64,000 nucleotides of DNA from Eutreptiella sp. 'Long Island Sound 2002' (Eukaryota; Protista; Euglenida): the NCBI GenBank assembly GCA_964036045.1, contig OZ038378.1, positions 16,430,001-16,494,000 on the forward strand. The letters are read 5' to 3'. Position 1 is the first letter of the stretch. The number at the start of each line of letters is the position of its first letter. This document shows positions 41,001-52,500 of this stretch, in pieces. The notes under the pieces were generated by a model that ran no database searches, was not told the origin of the DNA, and worked only from the letters and a program-made list of their open reading frames with translations. The translations under genes and the position numbers were made by a program.

Positions 41001-43624
41001 GGTCCAAAGCAGAGATTGAAATTCCAAGGCATAAACGTCCTGCAACTGTGATTGACTCAAGCCAAAGTGTGTGTCTGTGCTTTTGTGTTTCGGAAAACCC
41101 TGTCGTCATCCCTGCAAGCATTACAAACTCGTCAAGCACTAAAATTATGCAGAAAAAGATTGCGAAACTTGGGCACAAATTTGCCTAATCAGCCCCTATC
41201 ATTCCCGACAGGAGCTTGCAACCCAAAGCTTTCGAAGCTGGCACCCCACAAAGATATTTAACTCAAATTTTGCACAGTGAGGCATCACACCCGGCCAAAT
41301 CGACCAAGAACAACTTGCCATGCTTCGTACCATCCAGCCCTGAACCAATCATCTTAACGTCAATGATCATTGCACTGTGTCCACGAGAACTGTCAGCATT
41401 CATCATCTGCACAAAAACAAAACAGAGCATGGGTGGTATCATCGGCAGCAAAAGGGAGGGAGGTCCATGCAGGGAGTAGATTCTGCACTTTCAAATCTGT
41501 CGCTGTAGCGAAATGAGGTGGGCAGCGCGACATACCGTGGCTCGGACGACCTTGTATTTCTCACCACCATCGGTGAGCTTCATGAACTGCTTGGCGCTGG
41601 TGACCTGCAAAAACCCACAACAGACTGGTGACACAGGCTGGTGAGGCAAGCACAACGGTGATGTGCAAATTTCAGTGTCGGTGTTTGGCCCATAAACTGG
41701 AGCATACACTGAAATATGGCACAGCATACCGTGTGTACAGAAAGATTCTTGAAGATCAAATTGTCACCATCCAGAACGAACGATGGCTCCTCCTTCTTCT
41801 TGGGTTCCAACAAGTCCCTTGGCTTGCCCAAATACACCTGTGACAAAACGTGCACTTTTGCACCCACGCCAGGGAGAGATGGCAGCGACTTTTGTGTTCC
41901 CCTGCAAGATTGATTGTTTGCTCAGAGTTGTGTTCGGCAGGTTAATCCAGGACACGCTGTGTCAAAATTCTGGTTGTGATAAAGAGTCTTGTGTCAAAAT
42001 TCTGGTTGTGATAAAGAGTTGGAAAAAAAATTGACGTACAGCGCGACACGCAAGGGGCTTTCCGAGGCCACGAATTCACAAGCCACAGCGCGCCACACAG
42101 TGCACCACAACCTCAGTGCGCAACCAACACGTCACGTACCTGGATGTATGAGAGCTGGACCTCGTATTTAGTGCCGGAATCAGCTGCGTCGGCCTTAAAG
42201 ATATAATCAGCCACACGAGGGATCAGACCGGGCAAATCATCAGTACCACGCATCGTGACTGAAGGAGAGACAGCAGAACACAGATCGGACGCGGTTGCAC
42301 GGTCCCTTGCTCGGTAACAGTGAACGGAACTGCCCGTGTGCGTACCAGTCACTTGTTGCAGTGCAGGCGAGTGGGTTAGGCATACATGTCTTGCCAGTTC
42401 CCGTTTGTCCGTAGCAAAGCGCAGCAGCCGTTTTACCAGACAGCACGGCTTGCATCGTCTTTGTCATCATCATTTGGAACGCTTGCGGCTGGGAACGCGA
42501 GCGAGGGTTTCGAAGGCCGTTCCGTACCCAGCAGAGAACGAACACAGAAGGTTGATTACAACAGACTGCGAAGCTCAGAGCGATGGGTCGAACGCTTCGC
42601 ACGTGCGCTCAACGAGGGCTCTGGTTCTGTTTCATTTGCAACATCCTACTGGTGAATGATGTCATTCCGTTGCTTGTCTTCGTCGGACATCGGGGGGGGG
42701 GGGGGTTCTATTGTGCAGGTGTGTTTCCGTGTTTGAGTGAGGTTGCTCTGAGTTTTTTCACCACAGGAGCTTTCAGTATGCAGGGGGTCAATCACCGTGT
42801 TGAGGAGGATGCAGTGAACACACTGCAAGGTTGATGCGCTGCTGACAGTTCAGCGCCCCATCAGGCACTTGCGTGCAAGCAGCTGACGGTGCGATCACAC
42901 CAGCGCACCGGACGGTGGAAATCAAGGGCTGCGAAGCCCAGAATCAGATGCGGATGAAGCGAGCATACAGCAAGCAAAAAGCGAAGGCGACAGTTGCCCA
43001 GAGGCAGATCGCCGCAAAAATGGCAGAGACGGTGCGGCACAACGCCGCAAGCCCAGCGCTTAGAACAGCGGAACGCGCGGGCTTCGGGTGTGGCCACCAG
43101 TGCCACAGTATATCGGAAATATCGCCTCTGTCTTGAACCCCGCACCACCGTAACCCCCACTTTGGGACTGCAGATTCTCTGGTGTATACACTGAGGTCCG
43201 AAACACAGCAACAAACCTGAGTCGAATCGTCGTAAAGAACTCCATCGAAGCCCCAATTCTTGCCAGTCGTCAAGTGCAAGACCCTGTACAAACGGAGCGC
43301 CTTGAGCAACCGCTTTCACAATAAAAGATCACATATGACATTCTAGTGGTCGGCTGTGGCCGCTTGCTTCTGCGCTGACAGCACATACTTGGGATCCCTA
43401 ACGTCTTCCAGAATGGTAGCCATCTTCAGCTCGTTCTCGCGCTTGTTGCGAGGCCGGACACGGGCGTACACATGGACACGGCTCTTGCTGGCCTTGGCTG
43501 GTGAAGTGGGTGAACTAGGAGGCGAGGCAGCAGGCGACGCGGGCGCCTCGGGCGAAGCTTCACCCCCGCCTTCACCCTCGGCCTCAGCCTTCTTGGACTT
43601 CGCGGTCTTCTTTTTTGCAGGCAT
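33019..43624 (-). CDS. Divergent N-terminal-motor kinesin with coiled-coil stalk and IQ-like tail motif (kinesin A)
   Basis: Phase-consistent GT-AG exons: 43624-43389 (ATG..RVHVYARVRP), 43283-43217 (WGFDGVL), 42488-42386 (P-loop CYGQTGTGKT), 42258-42140, 41837-41730, 41604-41536, 41406-41291 (switch I NADSSRGH; LFLVDLAG), 40996-40879 (YE..ETRHINETLLGL), 40631-40569 (IPYRE), 40402-40304 (ITVSP..TLHFG), 39546-39410, 37779-37665. Likely tail exons: 37112-36966, 36834-36641, 36261-36195, 33843-33700, 33295-33212 (AATKIQGRW). The 3' end (33080-33019) is tentative. Confidence 0.9.
33996..34373. mobile_element. MITE-like element with 13 bp inverted ends in a kinesin A intron
   Basis: TCACCTCGCAGAG (33996-34008) and CTCTGCGAGGTGA (34361-34373). 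The interior is similar to the reverse complement of 9850-10100. No convincing TSD. Confidence 0.6.
34980..35044. repeat. (CA)n microsatellite
   Basis: Pure CA run. Confidence 0.97.
41958..42019. repeat. Perfect 30 bp tandem duplication (period 32) in an intron
   Basis: TGTGTCAAAATTCTGGTTGTGATAAAGAGT occurs twice. Confidence 0.95.
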
Positions 43625-43665
43625 ATGGTGCGAAAACACTGAAGTGCAAAAGAAAAGGTCAGTGG
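43625..43665 (-). promoter_or_regulatory. Pyrimidine tract plus AG acceptor 14 nt upstream of the kinesin A ATG (possible spliced-leader trans-splice site or 5' UTR intron acceptor)
   Basis: The minus strand reads CCTTTTCTTTTGCACTTCAG|TGTTTTCGCACCATATG. Confidence 0.5.
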
Positions 43666-46531
43666 CTGGGTGAGGAACTCTGTGTTCAACCTTGTGTTCA
43701 AACTTGTGTTCAAACAAAGCGGCTTCCAGTGGTTTCAGTGGACAACCCAGTTTACAGGCATTAATGGTGTAGGACTTCGTGAAATTTCGTGTCTGCCCTT
43801 GTGCGGGCTCGTCACGAGCAGTCTGTACAAAATGTGCAGGTTGGGGCAAATCTGTACCACTTTCAAGCTTCTTCGGGACAAAAGGGCACAGCAGTGGGGA
43901 CAACAGTTATAACTGCTGAGAGATGCGTCACGAGAGTATGTGCACAATTTTGACTCTCGTCGCGGGCCACGGCTTTCTGTGCAGTTTACACGCGGTGAGA
44001 GAGAGGATTTTTGAGCTCATCCTTGGAACGTGACAATTTCTCGCACAACTACTTTTAGCCAAGTGCACAAAGATTACAAGGCCAAAGACTGTGCCGTTGA
44101 TAAAAAAAGGAGACTTGAGTTATCGTGCGAGCTACTGCCATAATTTTGTATGGTTTTCTTGCACAAACTGACACACTTTGAAAAACGATTCAAAATTGTG
44201 GGGGTTTCCTTGCCTTGGTCTGGGAACTATACAAGAAGTGTACCTTTTTTTGAACCCAACTGCACAAAAGTGTACCACCACGAGCAACGTGGTGCGCGCA
44301 CATTCCTTTGCAAATGTGTACTACCTGCACAACAAATTGCAGCAGCTGGGATAAGATATGGCTGGGTTCAGTTTACAAGCAAACACAGTTAGCTACACGT
44401 ACTCGTAGGACGGGACTCTGCAGAATTTCCAACAGCACGATGTAGCGCCTCATATTTCACGTGTCGAAGTGCCCAAAACAGCCCAGAGGACTTGCGAAGT
44501 ACCTGTGGCGGCAGACAATTTCAGCGTTGTGCTGTTGCCGACCATGGCCATCAGCGGCTTTTCAGTTTGAGCGAAACTGAAAAGCTATTGCCACCGTAGA
44601 CAGATAACTCAGACCAGACTAGACTCAGACTCACAACAGCACACAGGAACAAATGTTGGCGCGACATCCTCAACACCATCTTCCAGGTCCACAATCTTTC
44701 ACCATCTCAACAACTTCAGGGTTCGATTGTTCACTTGTGGCTGCTGTGGCTTGACAGTTGCAGTAGGAGTTCATCGATGTTACATGTGGGCCTTTGTGGG
44801 CCAGGTGGGCTGAATGTGGCCATACCTCCCACCTAGGGGACGCGTAAGGCGCGTTCAGGTCCCATGGGGTCCCATATCACTGAGTTGCAGGTGGAGTGTG
44901 AATGAATTCACAGGTGTTTGTATTTCAGAGGGAAAACAAAAGCATTGTTGTGCCAGCACCGAGTGCACCGTGCAATGACCATCTGGTTACATATGTTTTG
45001 TCACACTAGGACTTGGGCGTGGGTTAAAGTTTAGCTTTGTCTCTTTTTGCAAGTGGGTCTCTTAAAGTGTGGTCGGGGGCGGACTCCGAAATGGGGGTTG
45101 GTCTCTTAAATGGTCATTTGCTGGTGGGTCTACTGTTGTTGGGGGTAGAGTAGGCTGTCAAGTAGTGGATAAGCTGCAGTTCAAGAACTTGTGCGAATTC
45201 CATCAAATGGCCCGGCTAGCCAAATGGCAAGGATGGAAATGCAAAAACTTGGCCACGAATGCAATGCTGAATGTGTTGGTGATATTGTAATGGCAGTTCA
45301 ATCATAGAGCTGTCCAAATCGTTCCTCGAGACCGAGGCAACCATGAAGTTGGAGATCGTTATGTGAGATGAAGCCGATACGTTGCTTGGTTGTGCTTTGC
45401 AATCCCATGTCGTGGTCGGGGGACAAACACAATCGCATGCGTATACCTTCGTTTCACACTCCTCTCATTTTGCAGCCTATGGCCCTATGGGCCTCAAAGT
45501 AAGGTGCCGGGCCATAGTAGCAAGACACTCCGAGTAGATGAATGGCATTGCAAGAATAAGCTCGTTTGAAAGCTTGGGATAGCCTGTGCTAGAAATTTAG
45601 GGGCTTGGCAAGTTGTTTTCAAGAAGGACACATTCTCTTCCAAGTTGACATGGGAGGCGGTTGTGGCGGACAACGACAGACAACAACATAAATTGTGGCC
45701 CATAGTTCCTTCTGAAGAAATCCCATTTCTGCACCTGAAATTTTGGCCCACGCGACAAACCTGCCTTTCACACCAAACCTCAGCAACCCCCACACGTCAA
45801 TACACAGAGCTAGTTCCGGTCCTCCTCCTAGGGCTTATCGAGCGGGCCCATTCACAACTCCACGAGATAACGCATTGTGGACGTACTTGTTTGTCCTCAT
45901 TATTTGTTACATAGCATGTGCGCACCATGGTGTGAATGGCAATTTTTTTTTCTATGCCTTGAAAAAATGGAAAATGCTGTTTGAGGCATGGCACGGATTC
46001 ATGTGGCGTTGCGAATGCGACCGCTCTTATTGAATGAGGCCGCGAATGACAATCTGGAGCTAAGCTACGTCGACCGGTATGCGTCTTTTCTTCCCTAGCC
46101 TCGATCAGTGCACCCCTCGGGACATGCCTAGGGTTGGCAAAATGGTTGTTTTCTTGGTGTTCCCGACCGGCCGGTCCGAGGTACCACGTCCCTTTTCGAA
46201 GTCTAATTGTCGGAGATGCATAAGGGAGGTTTCGTAAACATGTGAAGTGGGTGGGAGGGGGGGGGGGGGGGCAGCTTGGTCACGGCCTAATGGCCAACCA
46301 ACTACGGTCGGCGAGCATGCATGGAGCTGCCCGAGTGCGGGGTTTTGGTCGTTTGTTATTGCAAAATCCGCAGAATCCGCGGAATCCGCAAAATCTGCGG
46401 GGTGGGGTGGGGGCGGCTCGGCTAGGATCCGCGGACTCCACGGCGTCACGAAACCTCTAAGGTTGGAAACGTCATTCCGCCAAGGTGGCGACCAAAGTGC
46501 CCCTCGTCTGTCGGGGTCTCCGATGCACGCT

Positions 46532-49500
46532 AACCGGAAGGCAGTGAGGTGGAAAATGAGGTGCGGGGACACGACGTGGTGCCTCGTGGCAACGTTCACC
46601 CGACCGTCATGTTGCATGTTGTTCGGCCACACCGTGTTTCGGAGTGGGTTGGAACCGCTTCTCGCCATGGTATCCTGAAAAACCTTCGTACCTGTAGCCA
46701 ATGTCGGTTCGCAATTCGAAGCCCCCTCCCCTTTTGTGTGCCATAGTAGCTATTTGGCAGCGCATGACAAGGGGGCCGGTTTGACGGCGGTGATTGCGTT
46801 AATAGCGGATGCAATACATCACAAGAAAAGTTTGGCATTAGATGGATGAGATAACGACATGGAACCAACGACCACTAACCCTTGTCGGATTCCCAAAAGC
46901 CGTCCATCCTATGTCGTGTGAAATATCGCCCGTTATGTTTTAGGTTCGCCTCTGTGAAACGCGAAGACCTCGGGGGCCTTGGGGACAAGAAGTATAAGTT
47001 CGATGCGGTTTTCGGCCCTAGTATCGTACAAAGTGCGGTGTACCGCTGCGTGAGTGCCCGGTGGATTACCGATCTGCTCCTCGGTGCGTTCTTCCCTCCA
47101 CATGCCGGGCACATGCCCGGGCACATGTGGCTCCTGGGATGTTTGAGCACTCACGGCTAAGGGTGTATTGTGTCACGAAGGACCCTAAACGCCTCAATCG
47201 AGCTGCGTGGCGAGACTACCGAAAAGTCGTGCGCACACTCAATCGCGGGTTGGAACAACTTCCTTTCCTCATGACTTTAGCCTACCGGCGCCGGTTTGCC
47301 CTCCATCGTTGGTGGATTTTGGCCAAACTCGGAAGTTTTGTGTCAATGCCGCAAGCCTCCAATCGGGTTCCGTGCACCACATCCAAAGTCGGTGCAACCA
47401 AGTTCACATTCGTGTTTTCTTCGTTCCGCGGCATAATTCTCCTATTCAGCACCGCAAGTAGCATTGTGGCTTGGGGCCAATACATTCTAGTGATCATAAA
47501 TCCCTTCTTCGTTAATTTTTCACTGTTGCGTCTGAGCAAAGCACGCGACCCTTTGGAGGTGTGCCAGCCGAGCCCATCCCATGTAGGAGGGGGGGGGGGG
47601 TCAAAGGCGTGTAGCGGTGGGTTTTATTGTCAGCAAGCTGCCTCGTTTTTGGCATCGATTGTACAATCAATAGTTTGGCTCCCTGCCTCCCTCGAGCACG
47701 GCATTGCATTGGGCAGCCCTCTGGGCACCGGTGTACCGGAGACCTAATTTGCCGGCCGGTTTGATACGAGAGTGCTTCGTGGGGCCAATAGTCGAGGTCA
47801 CCCCAGTCGCGGAGAGGAGAGGGCAGAAGCTGCGGCTTGCCCTTCGACCAAGGAGCTCGGCTTTAATGACGGGTACACTGTTAAAGGGGTTGCCCCACAA
47901 CCACAACCAAATAGCAACCCACAACCCCCAACGACCAACAACAAACAACCATCCCAGTTGGGACTGCAAAAGCGCAATCGCGACTACAACGACCCACGCC
48001 CCTTTCCCTCCGTTACGTAGCTCCGTGCGTTTCTTTCAGGACTCACTTCTCTGGTGATCTTATTCGGGGATATCAGATCCGGCAAATCACATACGCTGTT
48101 CAACGTCGAGCCGCACTGCAGCACCCTTCAAGAGGTAGATCACAACCCTACTTCCGCCCCATACACCATACTACGCTGCAACACAGCCACGACAAATTCA
48201 CACCGCATGGCACCACACGAGGCCCCACCACTACACTGCGCAACACCGCATCACACAAGACCGCACCTCGCCTTGTGCACCTGTATCAGGACGATCTGGA
48301 CTGAGCGCAGTCGATCTTAGAGGTAATGACCTTGTCAGGCCGTGATAGATTATAGTGGCAGGGAAAGAGCAGGCACGGTGACATCCCAGTGTGGACGTAC
48401 CCTCTGTCGCAAAGGTGAGCGTGAATGCCGCTATGTACATCGCCCAGCCGCTGGACTTGGGCCTTGCCTGCAGTTTCATCCGCCGCATGCCACGGGATAC
48501 TGAGCCCTCGCACAGCCCAAAGCGATGGTCTGACGAGTGTTCTTGCTGCTTCGTAGAATTTGACCCATATAGCCAGTCACTGCACCGCGTAGCGACCGTG
48601 TGCAACCGTCTGCCCCCTCCCACAAACCTCATCCACCCTCCGAATCCCTCAATGCCCCCCGTCTTCCCCAACAAAGTACCGCGGAAGAACGGGGCCATGC
48701 GGCGATGCATGGCAAATGGCGGTTCTGCAATTCTGCAATGGCGGCATGCAATTCTGTGTCTGTGTCTGGGCATGGGCAATGCATCGGGGCAGGCCTTGGT
48801 GTCAGCATGGACCACAGGGACACAACGGGCTTTGGCATGGCCACAAGCAGCGGCACGAGCAGCGGCATAGGCACGTGCGCAAACATACGCACAGGCGTAT
48901 GTTTGCGCACAGGCGCAGGCCGGGGCATCGGCATGGGAACGGGCAAGGGTATCCGCATGTGCATCAGCACAGGCATCGTAAGCCTATGCAGAGACCTGCC
49001 CTGGTTCACATGCCTAGGCCTACATGCCTGAACCTAAGCTTTACCTGTGCCTGTGCCTGAGCCTGTGTGTATACCTAGGCCTAATTGCCCACGACATGCG
49101 CATGCGCATGCACATGCCCCTTAGAAATTGATCAACAAAGGGGGAATAGAAGGTCAAGCAAAGCAGTGCCCATCAGCGATACCAATGGTTATTGCTCGCA
49201 TTTGTCTGACAGCATGCCAGGCGACAAGTGAGCGGCACGGCTTTTCTGAGCTCTGGTGACAAGTGCACACGAGTCAGAAGATGGACACAACACGGTTAGC
49301 GTCAACCGAGTAGTGCGCATCTTGGGGTGCAAGTTGGATGAAGGGAGGTCAGGAGTGGTGAGCACAGCAAACAAGCAGACACGGCAAGCAACGACAAGGG
49401 TGACAGATAGCAGCAAACATCAGAAGACACAAAAGAAGAAGAAGCAGTAGGCAGGAACCCCAGCACACGAGTGCCTGGGTATCAAAAATCACCCGGCTTG

Positions 49501-52500
49501 GGCAAAATAAATGTTTTGTAGGCTGGCAGAAAGGGGAATGAGAGGAAGCAGTTTTTGGGCACATCAAAACCGCATTAGATCACAGAAAAATGCCAGGAAT
49601 CCAGTGCGGAAGAGCCAGTTGGCAGTTTGTTTTGTTTTCTGTGGCCAGTTTGACAGGTGAACATGCCAAGACACGGGATGGTAAGGTGAAGGAGGTAAGC
49701 CACCGTAAGCAAAGATGGGTGATGTCCGGAAGGGGACCAGTACGCAACCTGGCCAAAGCGTTGTATCAAAACACAACAAGTGCCCATGCCCATGCCCATG
49801 CCCCTGCCCATCCCCATCCTCATATTTGTGCCCTGCTGCGGTCCCGCAGGATTGTGGCTTGATGCCTCGAATTGTGGCAGAGCTGCTGGATCAAGCGGTG
49901 CATTTGGTGGGTCAAGTCACATTTTCGTACATCCAAATCCACAACGATAACATCATCGACGTTCTCAAGGATCAAATTGTGCAGAGGTCGGCCGCTCCGC
50001 AACAGCAGTGGAATCGGGGGAGGGGGGAGTTGGATAGTTGTAATATTGCACTCCAACTCAATGACCCCGTTCAATTGGGCCGCAGGTCCTTGTATACTGA
50101 TCCTCGGTTGGATGTTGAGCGCTAAATTGGTTTTCCGGGCGGTTGCCATAAAGACTGAGGAAGTGTGCCTGATACAAATTGTCTTCAAGCCACAGGGGGA
50201 AAAGTATCTGTGGTAGGTGAGAGTGGGACCGTTGTTCTTCTGCTCCTAAGTGTTGCTTCTGCACTTTGGTGTCCGTCCCACGCCGGCGGCGGCCTGCTTC
50301 ATATTCAGTCATACCCATGACAGTGAAGTTTGGAGGGTGCTCACCACCAAAAATGATGTGGGAAATGTAGCACAGGGCCAGGGGCTTCCGGCTTTAATGG
50401 ACATGGGCAGGTGGAAGAGTGGGAGGGTGTAACGCCCTTTTTCAAGAGTGCAGCTGCAAGACTCCTGTGTCATCATCTGGGCTAACGGGAGGGGTCGTGC
50501 GTCGGTTGCGGGGACTGGTCGGGAATAGGGGGGGCAGGCGTAGGATGGCTGACGGAGGGCTCAAGGGCAGTGGTTTGCTTTGCGACAGGGGGCAGGGGGG
50601 AGGGTGGGGAGGGGCACCCTACCCAAGACCAAGTTCATGTGCCACGGTGTGGGCGCGGCGATTATCGGGAAATACTGGCCGGCCAGTAACGACGATTGGG
50701 TGAGTGTTGACGATGACTAGCCAAGCACCGGTGGTGACGCATAACAGTGCCAAATTCCAAATACCAAACAATATTTGAGCTGGGAGGCACTGTGATTCAT
50801 GCACCAGGTACAGCGAAATATCAGCAACATGCAAAGTATGGACCGTGGGGATTGGACGTTCACATGTACACACCCAGGAAACATACTGAACAGCACCCAA
50901 TGGGCGGTACATCAGTATCACAAGTGCAAACCTCCAATGCAAATGCCGGCTCTCTTCTCCAAATCCAGCAAGCATGCAACAAGGCTTAGCACAAGGCTTA
51001 GGACTGGTCCATAGATGCAAAAGTGACCAATGTCGCTGACAGGACGCACACTTGTAGGGTGAGGGCCTTTGTTTTGGGGCATTGTACGGAGTGCAGCTTG
51101 GCTGCAAGGTGACCGAACCGTTTCGCGCGCTCACTGAACGCTCGGTGAACAGTTTCGCGTGCTCACTCAACGCTCAGTAAGCATTCACTGAGCGCGAGCG
51201 CGCGAAACGGACCACCAATGTTCAGTGGCCGGGTGACTAGCTTGGCTTTATTTGGTCGACGCACAATTAGCCGCATCCAAAATTCCACATAGCCCATTGC
51301 CACACCAACCCCCCAGTGGTACAATGCATCAGCGGGCTCTTGCCCTTGTGCTTCAACAATTGCTTGATCCGACGATGGAGGGACTGTCATGGCTTTAGAT
51401 GGCTGGCGCCCATGACTGCCGGCAAGATTACTCGGGGGCCACCCCTTTTTTCAATATGGAAACTGGCCATTGGCAAATTGCACACGGGGGCCTCCCCTTT
51501 TTTCAACATCGAAATAGGCCACTGGCAAATTCCTCCGGGGGGGCACCCCTTGTTTTAATGGAAACGGTCCACTGTCACATTTAAGAAGAGGGCCTCCCCT
51601 TTTTTCATTTCCGCCACGCCGTTACATGGCCGCAAAGCCCATTGCCTTTCTCGTGGGGGTACCGGTTTCCACTTTCGAGCAGCACCACTCAAAGAAGGCT
51701 CACTCTTTGCAGCGTTCAAGCTGGTAGTGGAGTCTTTTTCACTGCTTTCTTAGTCTACTTGGTATAGCATGTTGTCAAAGAATCAGGACAGGTAGTGCAT
51801 ACCTGTAATGTGCAATCCCATGGAGGGGCGTTGTATGGAGTTGGTTCAGACCATGGCCCGAGTTTCCGGTTGTTGTGTCGCTTGCTATGTCGGGCGCCTT
51901 CCCGACAAAAGTGCACATGGCTATAAGTATGCATGAGTATCCTAGGCCTCCGTCTTTACAAGGCCTCCCTTAGTGTGCTGTGGAGGCGTGTGTGCTTGAC
52001 CCAGCAAGAGCAGACACGTGGTTACAGCCGTGCGCAAGGGTTGGGCCTCACTGTGCGCAACCGTGCGCCATCTTCACATCTAGCAATTGTGCGCCCGGTT
52101 TTTTCATTGACCGGAAAGCCCCTTAAGTGCCCGCCGCGTTTATTGGTACCACATCAGAGGGGTGTCGTCTTCTCCATTTTGGCCAGCAAAAGCTGCTGCA
52201 CAAAACCAACCGAGAAGCACACACCAAGCTCCATCAATGGCCCCACTGCGGAGAGGGAAGCATGCGGCACCAGGTGGATACATTTGAACAGAACAGCAAC
52301 TGTAGTATGAGAAGGTGGGTATTGGCGCTACTGCGGGTTGTGGAAGTTGGAAGTTGCTTGCCACAAGGTAGATTGGTATGCTTGTTAGAAGGGAGTAGAC
52401 ACCTGCATGCGGCGTGATGGGTGGGATACACTACAATCATTGAAGCTCTTGACACCGGAGGACATGGCACAAATGAATACACTGCAGGGACATTGCTGCT

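Noticed and set aside
45290-46030. An additional gene between the two kinesins
   Set aside because: Only short, stop-interrupted frames with no recognisable motif or coherent exon chain; possibly a decayed element.
46882-46943. [10 protein letters not shown] as the kinesin B first-strand motif
   Set aside because: An in-frame TAA lies just upstream, there is no ATG, and the segment ends in a good acceptor (TTTTAG at 46943). It is probably intronic, though not excluded.
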